Positions 20,506 through 30,252 of a stretch of 64,000 bases of DNA are shown piece after piece. The DNA lies in the NCBI GenBank assembly GCA_963752475.1, contig CAVVYR010000019.1:96001-160000 (forward strand). Reading direction: 5' to 3'. The notes below the pieces were generated by a model. The model did not search any database. It had not been told where the DNA came from and saw only the letters and a list, made by a program, of their open reading frames with translations. Origin of the DNA: an uncultured Chloroflexia bacterium. Lineage in GTDB: Bacteria; Chloroflexota; Limnocylindria; Limnocylindrales; CSP1-4. Position numbers and translations under genes: made by a program. Positions within the stretch are counted from its first letter, which is position 1. Every line of letters starts with the position of its first letter.

Positions 20506-20584
20506 GCCGCTTCCTGCAGCCCCGACGGTCCACCCTCGGCCGTCGGGGCATCGTCATGTCCACGGTTCTCTAGACTGAGACGGC

Positions 20585-21556
20585 ATGAAGGCCATCGTTC
20601 GAGAGTGCTACGGCGGACCCGAGGTACTCGAGCTGCGTGAGGTGCCGACCCCTGGACCGGGGCCCGGCGAGGTACTCGTCCGTGTGCGCGCCTCGTCGGT
20701 CAACATGGCCGACGTCGACTACATCACGGGCAAGCCGTGGGCGACGCGGTTCGGGACCGGACTGCGCGCGCCCAAGGCGCCCATCCCCGGCATCGACATG
20801 GCCGGCGAGGTCGTGGAGGTCGGCACCGGCACCACACGCTTCTCGCCTGGCGACCGGGTCATGGCCGATCTCTTCGAAGAGGGATCGGGCGCCTGGGCCG
20901 AGTACGTCGCGGTCTCCGAGGCGGCACTCACGCCGATCGCTGATGGTGTTCCGTTGGAGATCGCGGGCGTGACCCCCTCGGCCGGGGTCTTCGGCCTCCA
21001 GGGCATCCGCGACAAGCGTCCGGTCCAGCCCGGTGATCATGTGCTGGTGAACGGCGCGTCAGGCAACATCGGACCGTTCGCGGTACAGATCGCCAAGTCG
21101 TTCGGCGCGGAGGTCACTGGTGTCTGCCGCACCGAGAAGATGCACGTCGTTCGTGAGCTTGGCGCCGACCACGTCATCGATCACACCGCGGAGGACTACC
21201 GCGCCAGCGGCGAGCGCTACGACCTCATCCTCGATATCGCGGGACGAGGCGGAGTCATCGGCCTGCGCGGCTCGATCGAACGCGGTGGCGGCTACGTCGT
21301 CATCGGCGCCAACGGGCGTGGCTACGTCGAGAGCATCCTGCTCGCGCCCTTCATCGGCCTTGCGACCGGCCGCAAGATGGGCCTGCTCATGTGGCGCGTC
21401 AACGACACGAAGGACATGGCCGACCTCGCGGCCATGCTGGCCGACGGGCGCGTCTATCCCCACATCGACTCGAGCTACCCGCTCGAGGGCGTGCCGGAGG
21501 CTCTGGCGCGCGTGCAGGCGGGCGACTTCATCGGCAAGATCGCGATCTCGATCTAG
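20585..21556 (+). CDS. zinc-independent MDR / NAD(P)H quinone oxidoreductase-like protein
   Basis: YGGPEVL, PGIDMAG, VLVNGASGNIG, GKIAI. Confidence 0.9.
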   Translation: MKAIVRECYGGPEVLELREVPTPGPGPGEVLVRVRASSVNMADVDYITGKPWATRFGTGLRAPKAPIPGIDMAGEVVEVGTGTTRFSPGDRVMADLFEEGSGAWAEYVAVSEAALTPIADGVPLEIAGVTPSAGVFGLQGIRDKRPVQPGDHVLVNGASGNIGPFAVQIAKSFGAEVTGVCRTEKMHVVRELGADHVIDHTAEDYRASGERYDLILDIAGRGGVIGLRGSIERGGGYVVIGANGRGYVESILLAPFIGLATGRKMGLLMWRVNDTKDMADLAAMLADGRVYPHIDSSYPLEGVPEALARVQAGDFIGKIAISI

Positions 21557-21623
21557 GACCACCCCAGCTCCTTGCAGGCCGGCGCCGCACGCACAGCGCT
21601 ACGAGGTCGGCAGCCCGGCGATG

Positions 21624-22971
21624 CTACGAGGTCGGTAGCCCGGCGATCGGAAGCGCGGCACGGACCATCGTCGGGCCACCGGGCGGGCTGACGACCTGGA
21701 TCGTGCCGTCGATGGTGGCCACGCGGTCACGCAGGCCGGACAGCCCCCCACCATCCCTGAGCGAGGCGCCGCCCTGCCCGTTGTCCCAGACTTCCACGAA
21801 GAGGCGAGTGGTGTCGCGCCAGAAGATGACGTCTGCGCGGGTCGCGTGGCTGTGCTTGGCCACATTGGCCAGTGCCTCCGTGGCCACGAAGTAGCCAGCA
21901 CGCTCGACGGCCGGGCTGAAGCGGGCGTCACCGACGCGTGCAGCATCGATATTGGTGGGCAGCTGGCTCTTCTGGACGATCGATGCGACCGCCGCCACCA
22001 CCCCACGATCGATGAGGATCGACGGGGCCGTGCCACGCACCAGGTCGCGCAACTCGGAAAGGGCCAGCCGCGATTGCTCGCGGGCATCGGCTACGAGCTT
22101 CTTCGCCGTCTCGGGATCGGTGTCGATCTTCTCCTCCGCCCGACCCAGGTCCATAGCCAGCATCACCAGCCGTTGCTGGGCGCCGTCATGGAGGTCGCGT
22201 TCGATGCGCCGCAGCTCCGAGGCCTCCAGCTCCACGGCAGCCGAACGAGACTCGCGTAGCCGCTCGACGTCCTGGCGAAGGGTCTCGGTGGGGTCGACGC
22301 ACAGCAGGAGCTGCGCGACGGCGCGCTGCACGGTCATCAGGCCCCGCGTGACGAAGGCCGCTACCGGGATGAGCGCCAGGCACATCACGCCGGTCACGAT
22401 CGGCGCGACCACCGGGACCGGCTCACCCTCGAAGCCGCCCGCGCCCAGTGCCGATCACGAGTACGACGGTGGCCATGAAGAGGCCGAACACGATGGCCCA
22501 GACCGCGAACATGAGCGCGAACTCGAGGACCGCGAGGGGGAAGCCGATGAGGACGTAGACGACGTCGCGCCAGCGGCTGAAGTCGAGGAACTGACCCTCG
22601 GCGTACTGCCGTAGCCAATCGCCGTAGGGAGCCGATGGCTGGAACTCGATCGAGCGGTACCGATGTGCGATCACCGGCCGACCGTCGACGAACTCCAGGC
22701 GCCAGCGCTCCGCCCGAGCGACGTAGCGTGCGAGCTCGATGCCGGCGCCGATGATGGGGATGCCCACCAGGATGACGATGAGGCTGCCGCCGATGGACCA
22801 GATGATGAAGAGGCCGTTGAAGCCGACTCCGAGGACGGCCAGGCCGATGAGGATGGCGAGCGCAGCACGCCAGGTGGCAAGGTCGAACGGGGAGAGCAGG
22901 AACGAGCGCAGAGAGAGCGTGGGGGCCGGGTTCGGAGCGGCCTCCGGCGCGCCCCCGCTGACGTTCATCAT
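21624..22971 (-). CDS. NarQ/HisKA_3-type sensor histidine kinase with membrane sensor domain (frameshift near 22430)
   Basis: RRIERDLHDGAQQRL, EALANVAKHS, DNGQGG, GLSGLRDRV, SPPGGPT. Confidence 0.85.
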
Positions 22972-23007
22972 CTCGACGGTACCACCTGCTGCTTCGCGGA
23001 CTTCTGA

Positions 23008-23832
23008 CTAGGCCGCTGTCGGGATCGCGGTCTGCGGCACGGTCGCGGACGGCATGACCGGCACCACCCCGCGGTCGGCTACGAGCCCGTCGCGCATGTG
23101 CACGACACGGTCGCAGGCGTTGCCCACCTCGGGATCGTGGGTCACGAGCACGATGGTCTGATCGTGCTCGCGGTTGAACCAGCGCATGAGGTCGAGGATC
23201 TCCTTGGCGCGTGCCGAGTCGAGGTTGCCCGTGGGCTCGTCGGCCAGGATGAGCGAGGGCTGGTTGACCAGCGCCCGCGCGGTGGCGATGCGCTGCTGCT
23301 CGCCACCGGAGAGCTCGGCCGGTCGGTGGTCGCCACGGTCGGCCAGGCCGACCAGACGCAGCACGTGCTCGGCGGCGGCTTGCGCCGTGGTGCCCTTGAT
23401 GCCCGCGTAGTCACAGGCCAGCATCACGTTCTCGAGTGCCGTCAGCGTGGGCACGAGGTTGAAGGACTGGAACACGAAGCCCATGCGCGAGGCGCGGATC
23501 TTCGTGCGCTCCGACTCGCTCAGGCGGGTCACGTCCTGGCCTTCGAAGTACAGCTCGGGCTTGGGGCCATCGTCCTTCTCGGGTGCGTGGAGCAGTCCCA
23601 GGATGTGCATGAGCGTGGACTTGCCGGAGCCGGACGGGCCCATGATGGCGACCATCTCGCCCTGGGCGATGCTGACGTCCACCCCGCGCAGGGCGGGGAC
23701 GGCGGCTCGCTTGCCGAGCTGGTAGGTCTTGCGCAGGTCACGTCCTTCGACGATGGCGTTGGTGATCATGTCGAGGTCCTTTCGGGTGTCGAACTGGGTG
23801 CGTGGGTCGTAGAGCAGGCGGGGGTCGGTCAT
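23008..23832 (-). CDS. LolD/MacB-type ABC ATP-binding protein (alternative start 23769)
   Basis: [27 protein letters not shown]. Confidence 0.9.
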   Translation of the reverse strand: MTDPRLLYDPRTQFDTRKDLDMITNAIVEGRDLRKTYQLGKRAAVPALRGVDVSIAQGEMVAIMGPSGSGKSTLMHILGLLHAPEKDDGPKPELYFEGQDVTRLSESERTKIRASRMGFVFQSFNLVPTLTALENVMLACDYAGIKGTTAQAAAEHVLRLVGLADRGDHRPAELSGGEQQRIATARALVNQPSLILADEPTGNLDSARAKEILDLMRWFNREHDQTIVLVTHDPEVGNACDRVVHMRDGLVADRGVVPVMPSATVPQTAIPTAA

Positions 23833-24995
23833 TCGTAGCGGAGGGCGGTGACGGGGTCGAGGCGCGCCGCGTGCAGGGCGGGGACGAGGCCGGCGAGGGC
23901 GCCGAGGACCGTCGAGAAGCCGATGGCGGTGACGGCGGTCATGGGCGTCAACAGGAAGAGCAGCAGCCCGGAGTCACGGCCCAGCTCGTTGCCCAGCCAG
24001 GCCACACCGGCGCCGAGGGTCAGGCCGATGACGCCGCCGAGGAAGCCGATGAGCGCGGACTCGGTGACGAATTCCCGGACGATGCGCGTGCGGCTGCCGC
24101 CGATGGCGCGCTTGATGCCGATCTCACGGGTGCGCTCGGCCACGGACATGGCCATGGTGTTGATGACCGAGAGGCCGCCGACGACGAGGCTGATGAGCGC
24201 GATGCCCACGAGGATGGCGTTGAAGATGGCCGTAGCCGACCCGATCTGTTCGTCGAAATCGGCCCCGGTCATGACCTCCAGGGAGGCGTCAGCGGTGCGG
24301 ATGGTCTCAGCCAGGGACTCGAGGTCCACGTCCGCCTGGGGATAGACGGTGAGGCCCGCGACCAACTCGCTAGCCTCGACGTTGCCGACGAGCATCGGCG
24401 GCATGGTCTCGATGAACAGCTCCTGCGCCGCTGCGAGCGGCACCATGGCGGAGGTGTCGGGCATCGTGAGGGTGGGCTCGAGGACCCCGACCACCTCGAA
24501 TGGCGTTCCGCGAAGATCGATGCTGTCGCCAACGGTGAGGTCCAGGCGTCGGGAGAGGTCGGAACCGACCACGGTCACCTGGGAGCCTTCGTCGTCGATC
24601 GTGAGGTCGCGCCCGTTGGCGAGGTTGAGCTCGAAGGCCTCGAAGCCGTCGGCAGCACCGGCGGGCTGGCCCACGACGTAGTCCATGTTCATGGACAGGC
24701 CGGCCTCTTCATCGGCCAAGGGCATCGTGATGTCAGGCACCACCGCGGCCACGCCGGGAAGCTCCGCGACCATGTCGGCCGTCTCGACGCTCATCGGCTG
24801 GCCGAAGCCAAGGCCGGTGCCGCCGGCGGCCACGGTGATCTTGTCGGCGTAGTAGTCGCTGCCGCCATCGACGAGCGCGTTGATCTTGTTGGCCATCGAC
24901 CCGAAGACCACCAGGGCCCAGATGCCGATGGTGATGCCGAGGATGGTCAGTGTGGTGCGGAGCTTCCGGCGCCCCAGGTCGCGTAGCAGCGTCAT
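23829..24995 (-). CDS. MacB/FtsX-family ABC permease
   Basis: [35 protein letters not shown]. Confidence 0.9.
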   Translation of the reverse strand: MTLLRDLGRRKLRTTLTILGITIGIWALVVFGSMANKINALVDGGSDYYADKITVAAGGTGLGFGQPMSVETADMVAELPGVAAVVPDITMPLADEEAGLSMNMDYVVGQPAGAADGFEAFELNLANGRDLTIDDEGSQVTVVGSDLSRRLDLTVGDSIDLRGTPFEVVGVLEPTLTMPDTSAMVPLAAAQELFIETMPPMLVGNVEASELVAGLTVYPQADVDLESLAETIRTADASLEVMTGADFDEQIGSATAIFNAILVGIALISLVVGGLSVINTMAMSVAERTREIGIKRAIGGSRTRIVREFVTESALIGFLGGVIGLTLGAGVAWLGNELGRDSGLLLFLLTPMTAVTAIGFSTVLGALAGLVPALHAARLDPVTALRYE

Positions 24996-25144
24996 CGTTT
25001 CCCTCTTGTCCGTGCTGTGGTGTGGGTGCCCCGGCGGGGGAGTGCCGAGGCGGGTGTTCGGGCAAGTACGACGCTACGGTCGAAGGCGTCGCGAACCAAT
25101 CCGGACAGCGGGCGTCTTTGACCGCGGCGGGCTGGCGTTCTCGA

Positions 25145-25162
25145 GGTGGGGCTAGCCCCACC
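25145..25162. promoter_or_regulatory. perfect 18-bp palindrome GGTGGGGCTAGCCCCACC, probable response-regulator site
   Basis: Lies between the divergent NarL-type regulator and the ABC/kinase operon. Confidence 0.6.
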
Positions 25163-25222
25163 ATCGGCGGGACGAGCGTCGGCTTGGCCTTCCTGACGCG
25201 GCGTGTCTGGTGCCGGAGCCGC

Positions 25223-25372
25223 CCATCCCGCCGAGGCTGAACTCGACCAGTCAGGCACTTGCGCTGCGGGATCCCAGCCTCCACGAGACTGGGAGTGACG
25301 CTCTCAGCCTCGGTGACGATGAGAACCGGCACTTCGGCTGTGAGATGGTCGAGTTCAACCTCCGTGGGATGG
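25223..25372. repeat. 150-bp element with ~27-bp imperfect terminal inverted repeats (MITE/REPIN-like)
   Basis: CCATCCCGCCGAGGCTGAACTCGACCA ... TGGTCGAGTTCAACCTCCGTGGGATGG. Confidence 0.55.
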
Positions 25373-25429
25373 TCAGGCCGTGTGCCGAGCGAGCCCGCGT
25401 GCCGGCGACGCGTGGGGCATCATCGGGGC

Positions 25430-26095
25430 ATGGAACAGCCGCAGCTCCGGGTCGCCATCGCCGAGGATTCGGTGCTCCTGCGTGAAGGGCTCGTCCGTCT
25501 CATCGAGGATGGTGTGGGCACGGTCGTGGCCGCCGTCGGCGACGGACCATCGTTCGTGGCTGCCGTGGTCGAGCACCGGCCTGACGTCTCGGTCGTCGAC
25601 GTGCGCATGCCGCCCACGCAGCGTGACGAAGGGTTGCGTGCGGCCATCGAGGCGCGTCGTCTGGTGCCGCGCTCGCCGATGCTGGTGCTGAGCCAGTACG
25701 TCGAGGCACAGTACGCCTCGGAGCTGCTGGCCGATGGTGCCGGTGGCGTGGGCTACCTGCTCAAGGACCGGGTGGCCGACGTGCGCGAGTTCGACGATGC
25801 GTTACGGCGTGTAGCCGGTGGTGGCACCGCGCTCGACCCTGAGGTGGTCGCGCAGCTGATGGTCCAACGACGGCGCGACGACCGGCTCTCCGAGCTGACG
25901 CCGCGGGAGCGCGAGGTGCTCGCGGCCATGGCGGAAGGGCGCACGAACGCCGGCATCGCCAAGCTGCTCTCGATCACGGAGGGCGCCGCGGAGAAGCACA
26001 TCAGCAACATCTTCGGGAAGCTCGATCTGCCCGGCACCGTCGAGGGGCACCGGCGAGTGCTGGCGGTGTTGGCCTACCTCGACAGCGGCGGATAG
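25430..26095 (+). CDS. NarL/LuxR-family response regulator
   Basis: IAEDSVLLREG, DVRMPP, GYLLKDRV, LTPREREVL. Confidence 0.9.
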   Translation: MEQPQLRVAIAEDSVLLREGLVRLIEDGVGTVVAAVGDGPSFVAAVVEHRPDVSVVDVRMPPTQRDEGLRAAIEARRLVPRSPMLVLSQYVEAQYASELLADGAGGVGYLLKDRVADVREFDDALRRVAGGGTALDPEVVAQLMVQRRRDDRLSELTPREREVLAAMAEGRTNAGIAKLLSITEGAAEKHISNIFGKLDLPGTVEGHRRVLAVLAYLDSGG

Positions 26096-26172
26096 GACGC
26101 GCCGAAGCGGCCCCGGCCCGCTCGACCGGGGCCTTGTCCGGCCCGGCCGGCGTGAAGCTTAACGCTTGCCGA

Positions 26173-26961
26173 TCACTCGACCGGCGCCTCGCTCTCGTCC
26201 TCGACCGCGCTCGGTTCGACGGGCGGCGGGTAGTCCGGCGGTGCGCCCGGGAGGATCACACCCTCATATGTCTCGTCCTCTCCGCGCCAAAGCATGAGGG
26301 CCGTCAGACCGTCGTAGGCTCCCTCGCCGTCGAGGCGGTACCACTCACGCGGGTACGTCTCATTGGCGAAGCCGTCGAACTCACCGACCCAGGCACCCTC
26401 GTCGTTCTCGATGCGGAGGGCAGCTGACCAGACCATGGCCCAGGTGTCGGCAGCCAGGTCGACGGGGAAGCTCCGCATGTTGAGGGTCTGGGTGAACCGG
26501 CCAGAGATGCGTGGGTCGGTCGCTTCGAACATGGCGATGCCGCTGTTGTCGAGCAATTCGGCGTACTCGTCGAAGGACCACTCGAAATCCTCGACGCTGG
26601 TGAAGTCGATCTCTTCTGTCCAGGCCCCTGTGAAGCGACTGGCGTCTGGCGTGGTGCCGACGCCCTCCTCTTCGGCGGCGAACAGCTGCGCGCCCGCGAA
26701 ACCTGCGCCGGCGACACTCAGGGTGATGAGCAGCGTAGCCAGCAGGACGGCGGCGACGCGAGCCGTCGGCGAGCCGACGGCGAGGGTGGATGAGATACGC
26801 ATCGGTGGCTCCTTGATGATGGCCAGCCAGCGCGGACGCTGATGGGTCTGCGCGGCCTGGAAGGTGATGCTCTCGAGAGCGGACTCCGACGCCTGCGCGG
26901 CGTCCCGCGCCCGATCGAACTGGTCGGCCACGAAGCGCTCGAAGGCGTTGCTGTCGTTCAT
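26173..26961 (-). CDS. putative anti-sigma factor, single TM, extracellular beta domain (cassette 4)
   Basis: ATGA overlap; QRPRWLAIIKEPPM..VGSPTARVAA; DPRISG..ENDEGAWVG..GEGAYDGL. Confidence 0.7.
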   Translation of the reverse strand: MNDSNAFERFVADQFDRARDAAQASESALESITFQAAQTHQRPRWLAIIKEPPMRISSTLAVGSPTARVAAVLLATLLITLSVAGAGFAGAQLFAAEEEGVGTTPDASRFTGAWTEEIDFTSVEDFEWSFDEYAELLDNSGIAMFEATDPRISGRFTQTLNMRSFPVDLAADTWAMVWSAALRIENDEGAWVGEFDGFANETYPREWYRLDGEGAYDGLTALMLWRGEDETYEGVILPGAPPDYPPPVEPSAVEDESEAPVE

Positions 26962-27521
26962 CGCGATCGCTCCGTGACCAGGTCTCGGTCGACCTCGACA
27001 ACCGGGCGCATCGACGCGCGCAGGGCTTCGAGGCCACGGTGGAGGCGGGACGCTGCGGTCCCGTAGGGGATGTCGAGGATCTCGGCCACCTGCGCGACGG
27101 GAAGGTCGAGGTAGTAGTGCAGGGCCATCACCGCTCGCTGGTCGAGATCGAGGCGACCCAGCTCGCGTCCGAGCCAGTCGCGGTCGACCACGTCGCTCTC
27201 GATGTCCCTGTCGTCAGCCGATCGAAGGGCGGGCGTCACGTGCAGCTCGACCATCGTTCGGCGTCGCTCCTTGCGAGCGACCTTGTAGCAAGCTCGCACC
27301 GTGAGTCGGTGGAGCCAGGCATCCCACGCGTCCGGGTCCCGCAGTGCGCGCAGATCCCGCCAGGCCATGATGCATGCATCCTGGACGGCATCCTGAGCGA
27401 GTTCGGAGTCGCGAAGGATGAGGTTGGCGATACCCGTGAGGCGACGGAGCGACACCTTCAGCAGCTGCGTGAAGGCTTCGAGATCCCCGTTCCTCGCCTG
27501 TTCGACGAGCTCCCGTTGCAT
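26958..27521 (-). CDS. ECF RNA polymerase sigma factor (cassette 4)
   Basis: Close paralog of 17274..17837 (MQRELVE.AR.GDLEAF; LRDPDAWDAWL). Confidence 0.9.
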   Translation of the reverse strand: MQRELVEQARNGDLEAFTQLLKVSLRRLTGIANLILRDSELAQDAVQDACIMAWRDLRALRDPDAWDAWLHRLTVRACYKVARKERRRTMVELHVTPALRSADDRDIESDVVDRDWLGRELGRLDLDQRAVMALHYYLDLPVAQVAEILDIPYGTAASRLHRGLEALRASMRPVVEVDRDLVTERSR

Positions 27522-27638
27522 GGTCGCCACCCGTTCGGCGCAGCACACGTTGCTGCGCTCTCACACACTACGGGCCATGGGAAGGCGAGTTCCTATCCCG
27601 GAGTCCGCCAAGGCCGCCGGTGGCCGGCGAGTCGGGCG

Positions 27639-28085
27639 TCAGTCGCGGGCGGCGTAGTCCAGGCGCTCGAACGGCCACTCGTCCGCGAGCCACGTCGAGA
27701 GCGAACGCCACACGACCGGATCCATCTCCGCTCGGCTGGCCCGGACCCAGGAGCGGACGCGCGCGTCGTGGTCCGTATCGGGTGAGCGGTAGATGTAGAC
27801 GCAGCCGATGACCTCGTCACCATCGAGGATGGAGTAGGTGAAACCTTCTCGGTCGCGGAACTCCTGGGCGTGCTGCTCGAGGTCCTTGAGGTCGTCCTCG
27901 AGGCTCATCGGGGTGGGCCAGCCCCCGCCCGCCATGTCCGGGGTCATCTGGATGTGGTCGATGCTCGACATCCAGGCCTCGTGATCCCGCTCGTTGTGCT
28001 CCGGCCCGAGGGGCTCGAGGTGGAAGCCGTCACCTTCGAAGTAGGTCGGCGCGGCGAACGCGTCCGGGACGAAGTCGGCGACCAT
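27639..28085 (-). CDS. GNAT-like acetyltransferase
   Basis: LEPLGPEHNERDHEAWMSS, GFTY..GCVYIY, VRSWV. Confidence 0.7.
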   Translation of the reverse strand: MVADFVPDAFAAPTYFEGDGFHLEPLGPEHNERDHEAWMSSIDHIQMTPDMAGGGWPTPMSLEDDLKDLEQHAQEFRDREGFTYSILDGDEVIGCVYIYRSPDTDHDARVRSWVRASRAEMDPVVWRSLSTWLADEWPFERLDYAARD

Positions 28086-28126
28086 GCCGGGACCCTAACA
28101 GCGAGCCCCGATGCTGAGCGGATCGG

Positions 28127-28363
28127 CTAGGCGACGTGCGGCTCGGGGCAGACCGGGCAGTAGAAGATGTCAGCCTTGGCGCGGGCTTCGAAGACCTCGC
28201 CCAGGTCGCCGTGGCTCGCGCTCAGGCGCTTGCCGACGGACGCCAGCCCGACCTTGCGCAGGTCCTGGCAGGGGATCGTCTCGCTCGTGGCCGGCTCGCT
28301 CGTGGCCTGTGCGCTGGAGCTGGCCATGAAGTTGGTTGTCGTGGGTGCGAACTGGATGATCAT
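28127..28363 (-). CDS. small hypothetical protein with C-terminal CPVCPEPH
   Basis: GGGGAG RBS before ATG; AT-rich promoter-like region upstream. Confidence 0.5.
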   Translation of the reverse strand: MIIQFAPTTTNFMASSSAQATSEPATSETIPCQDLRKVGLASVGKRLSASHGDLGEVFEARAKADIFYCPVCPEPHVA

Positions 28364-28493
28364 CGGGATGACTCCCCGGTTAGTAATATGATGGGGAGAC
28401 TATCGTCCTCAGGGCGGTTCACCGGTAGCGGCGCGATAGTCAGGCGCTGACTAGTCCCACCCTGCGCACGGGACCGCACCCCACCACACTGCG

Positions 28494-28925
28494 TCAGGCC
28501 TCGGGCCACCCGAGGGCGACCTGCGTCGCGAGGATCACCACGTCGAACCCCACGGCGAGGAAGACATGTAGCGCGCGCAGTCGGGCCTCACCGCCGGGCC
28601 ATCTGCCCGCGTAGAGTGCGACACCGCCGATGGAGATGAGCGCGCCGGCGACGAGGAGCGCAGACCAGGGCAGGTCGGTCAGGAAGAGGCCAGCCATGGC
28701 CGGCGCGGCGACCGCGAAGCAGAGGGTCGCGGGCACGAAGAAGACGAGGCCCAACGCTGCCGAGGCGGACGCAGGTCGGTCCCCAAGGATGGGCGTGCGC
28801 GCCTCGGGCACTCCGGGCTTGGGCACGCCGGCGAGCTGCCGACCCAGGTTCACGCTGGCGACGAGATGCGCCAGGCCATGGCCCAGCACGGCGATGGTGA
28901 AGACGATCTTCAGGATGTCGTCCAT
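28494..28925 (-). CDS. 4-TM membrane protein (HGLAH motif)
   Basis: Hydrophobic segments; RBS AAAGGGG. Confidence 0.65.
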   Translation of the reverse strand: MDDILKIVFTIAVLGHGLAHLVASVNLGRQLAGVPKPGVPEARTPILGDRPASASAALGLVFFVPATLCFAVAAPAMAGLFLTDLPWSALLVAGALISIGGVALYAGRWPGGEARLRALHVFLAVGFDVVILATQVALGWPEA

Positions 28926-29020
28926 GGTCCCCCTTTCGATGCGCTGCCGATGCTACCCACACAGAGAGGCCCGGGTCGGCCGTGATGGCGACCCGAGCTT
29001 CGGTCTGAGGGCGGTGGGGA

Positions 29021-29912
29021 CTACGAGTGATCGGCGAGGAAGTCGACGATCGACTGCGCGAACAGCGGGTCGAGGGTGGCCCCGAGGTGGTCGAGGTTCG
29101 GGTCGCCGGTGGGGCCGGCAGGGATGTGGACCATCGTGAAGTCGGGCACCACGCCGTCCATGCGCTCGATCCAGGCGAGCTCCGGGTCGTTCTCGCTGGC
29201 GATGCCCAGGACGGGTACCTCGATGGCGGCGACATCCTCCTCCGCCAGCGGGATGATCTCGATCATCGAGCGAGCGACCGAGGCCAGGGGCGCGGTGTCG
29301 GGGCTGTCGACCTCGATGCCGTGCGCATCCATGGCGTCGAGGAAGAAGGCGATCTGCTCCTCGGGCACCTCCGGCGGCATCATGTCGCGCAGCATGTCTC
29401 CGTATGACGGCGCCTCGTCGAGGCCCATGGCCGCGTACGCAGTAGACCTCATAGGCCTCGGCCGGGGACCAGCCGGAGCCACCGGCGACGAGCGAGCGGA
29501 CGCGCTCGGGGTACTCGGTCGCGACCTTAAGGGCGATCTCGGCGCCCATGGAGTAGCCGGCGACGTGGGCGTCGTCGATCTCGAGGTGGTCCATCAGGCG
29601 GACGACGTCCTCGGCCATCTCGACCCCGTAGGCCGCGGGGTCCTCGGGCTTGCCGCTTTCGCCGTGGCCGCGCACGTCGAGGGCGATGAAGCGGAAGTCG
29701 TCGGACGGCTCGAAGCCGGCCTTGGTCCACATGTCGGAGGTGCTGGTGAAGCTGTGCACGAGCACGACCGGCTCGCCGTCGCCGCCCATGTCCAGGTAGT
29801 GGATGGGCACGCCGGCGGAGTCGAACGAGTCCTCCTGGCTGGCCGACACGGGCGCGAACACCAGGAGCACGAGCGAAAGGGTGAGCAGCAGGATCGAACG
29901 GCTGCGAGACAT
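29021..29912 (-). CDS. secreted alpha/beta hydrolase (frameshift near 29440)
   Basis: Signal peptide, DVRGHGES, GYSMG nucleophile motif, C-terminal His (LDH). Confidence 0.85.
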
Positions 29913-29937
29913 CGGGCTCTCCTTCGAGCTGGGGAAG

Positions 29938-29980
29938 TACTTACACCGTAAACATACAATGTAAGTATCGGGTCTGTCAA
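29938..29980 (-). promoter_or_regulatory. sigma70 promoter (TTGACA-N18-TATGTT) overlapped by inverted repeat TACTTACA-N14-TGTAAGTA (TetR-like operator)
   Basis: Read directly upstream of the hydrolase start. Confidence 0.6.
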
Positions 29981-30252
29981 GGCTGGCCGCTCGGCCATGG
30001 TCTTGAGGCCCCGTATGCGGACGACGAGGGCAATCCCGTGTCCGCACCCGGCGTCTTCGCTATCGACTGACCTCCTCGTCCACGGGCGGTGCTCTCTGCC
30101 GCCCACGAACGGCGACGGTCCTCCGGGCGGGCTCCGGAGGACCGTCGTCTACCCGCCTCGACGCGAGCGACCTTGACTTCCGTGGACACCGCGTCAGAGT
30201 GGGATCCGACGGTTGCCCGGTCGGTGGTAGGGGCGCTGGCGAGGGGGTTGCG

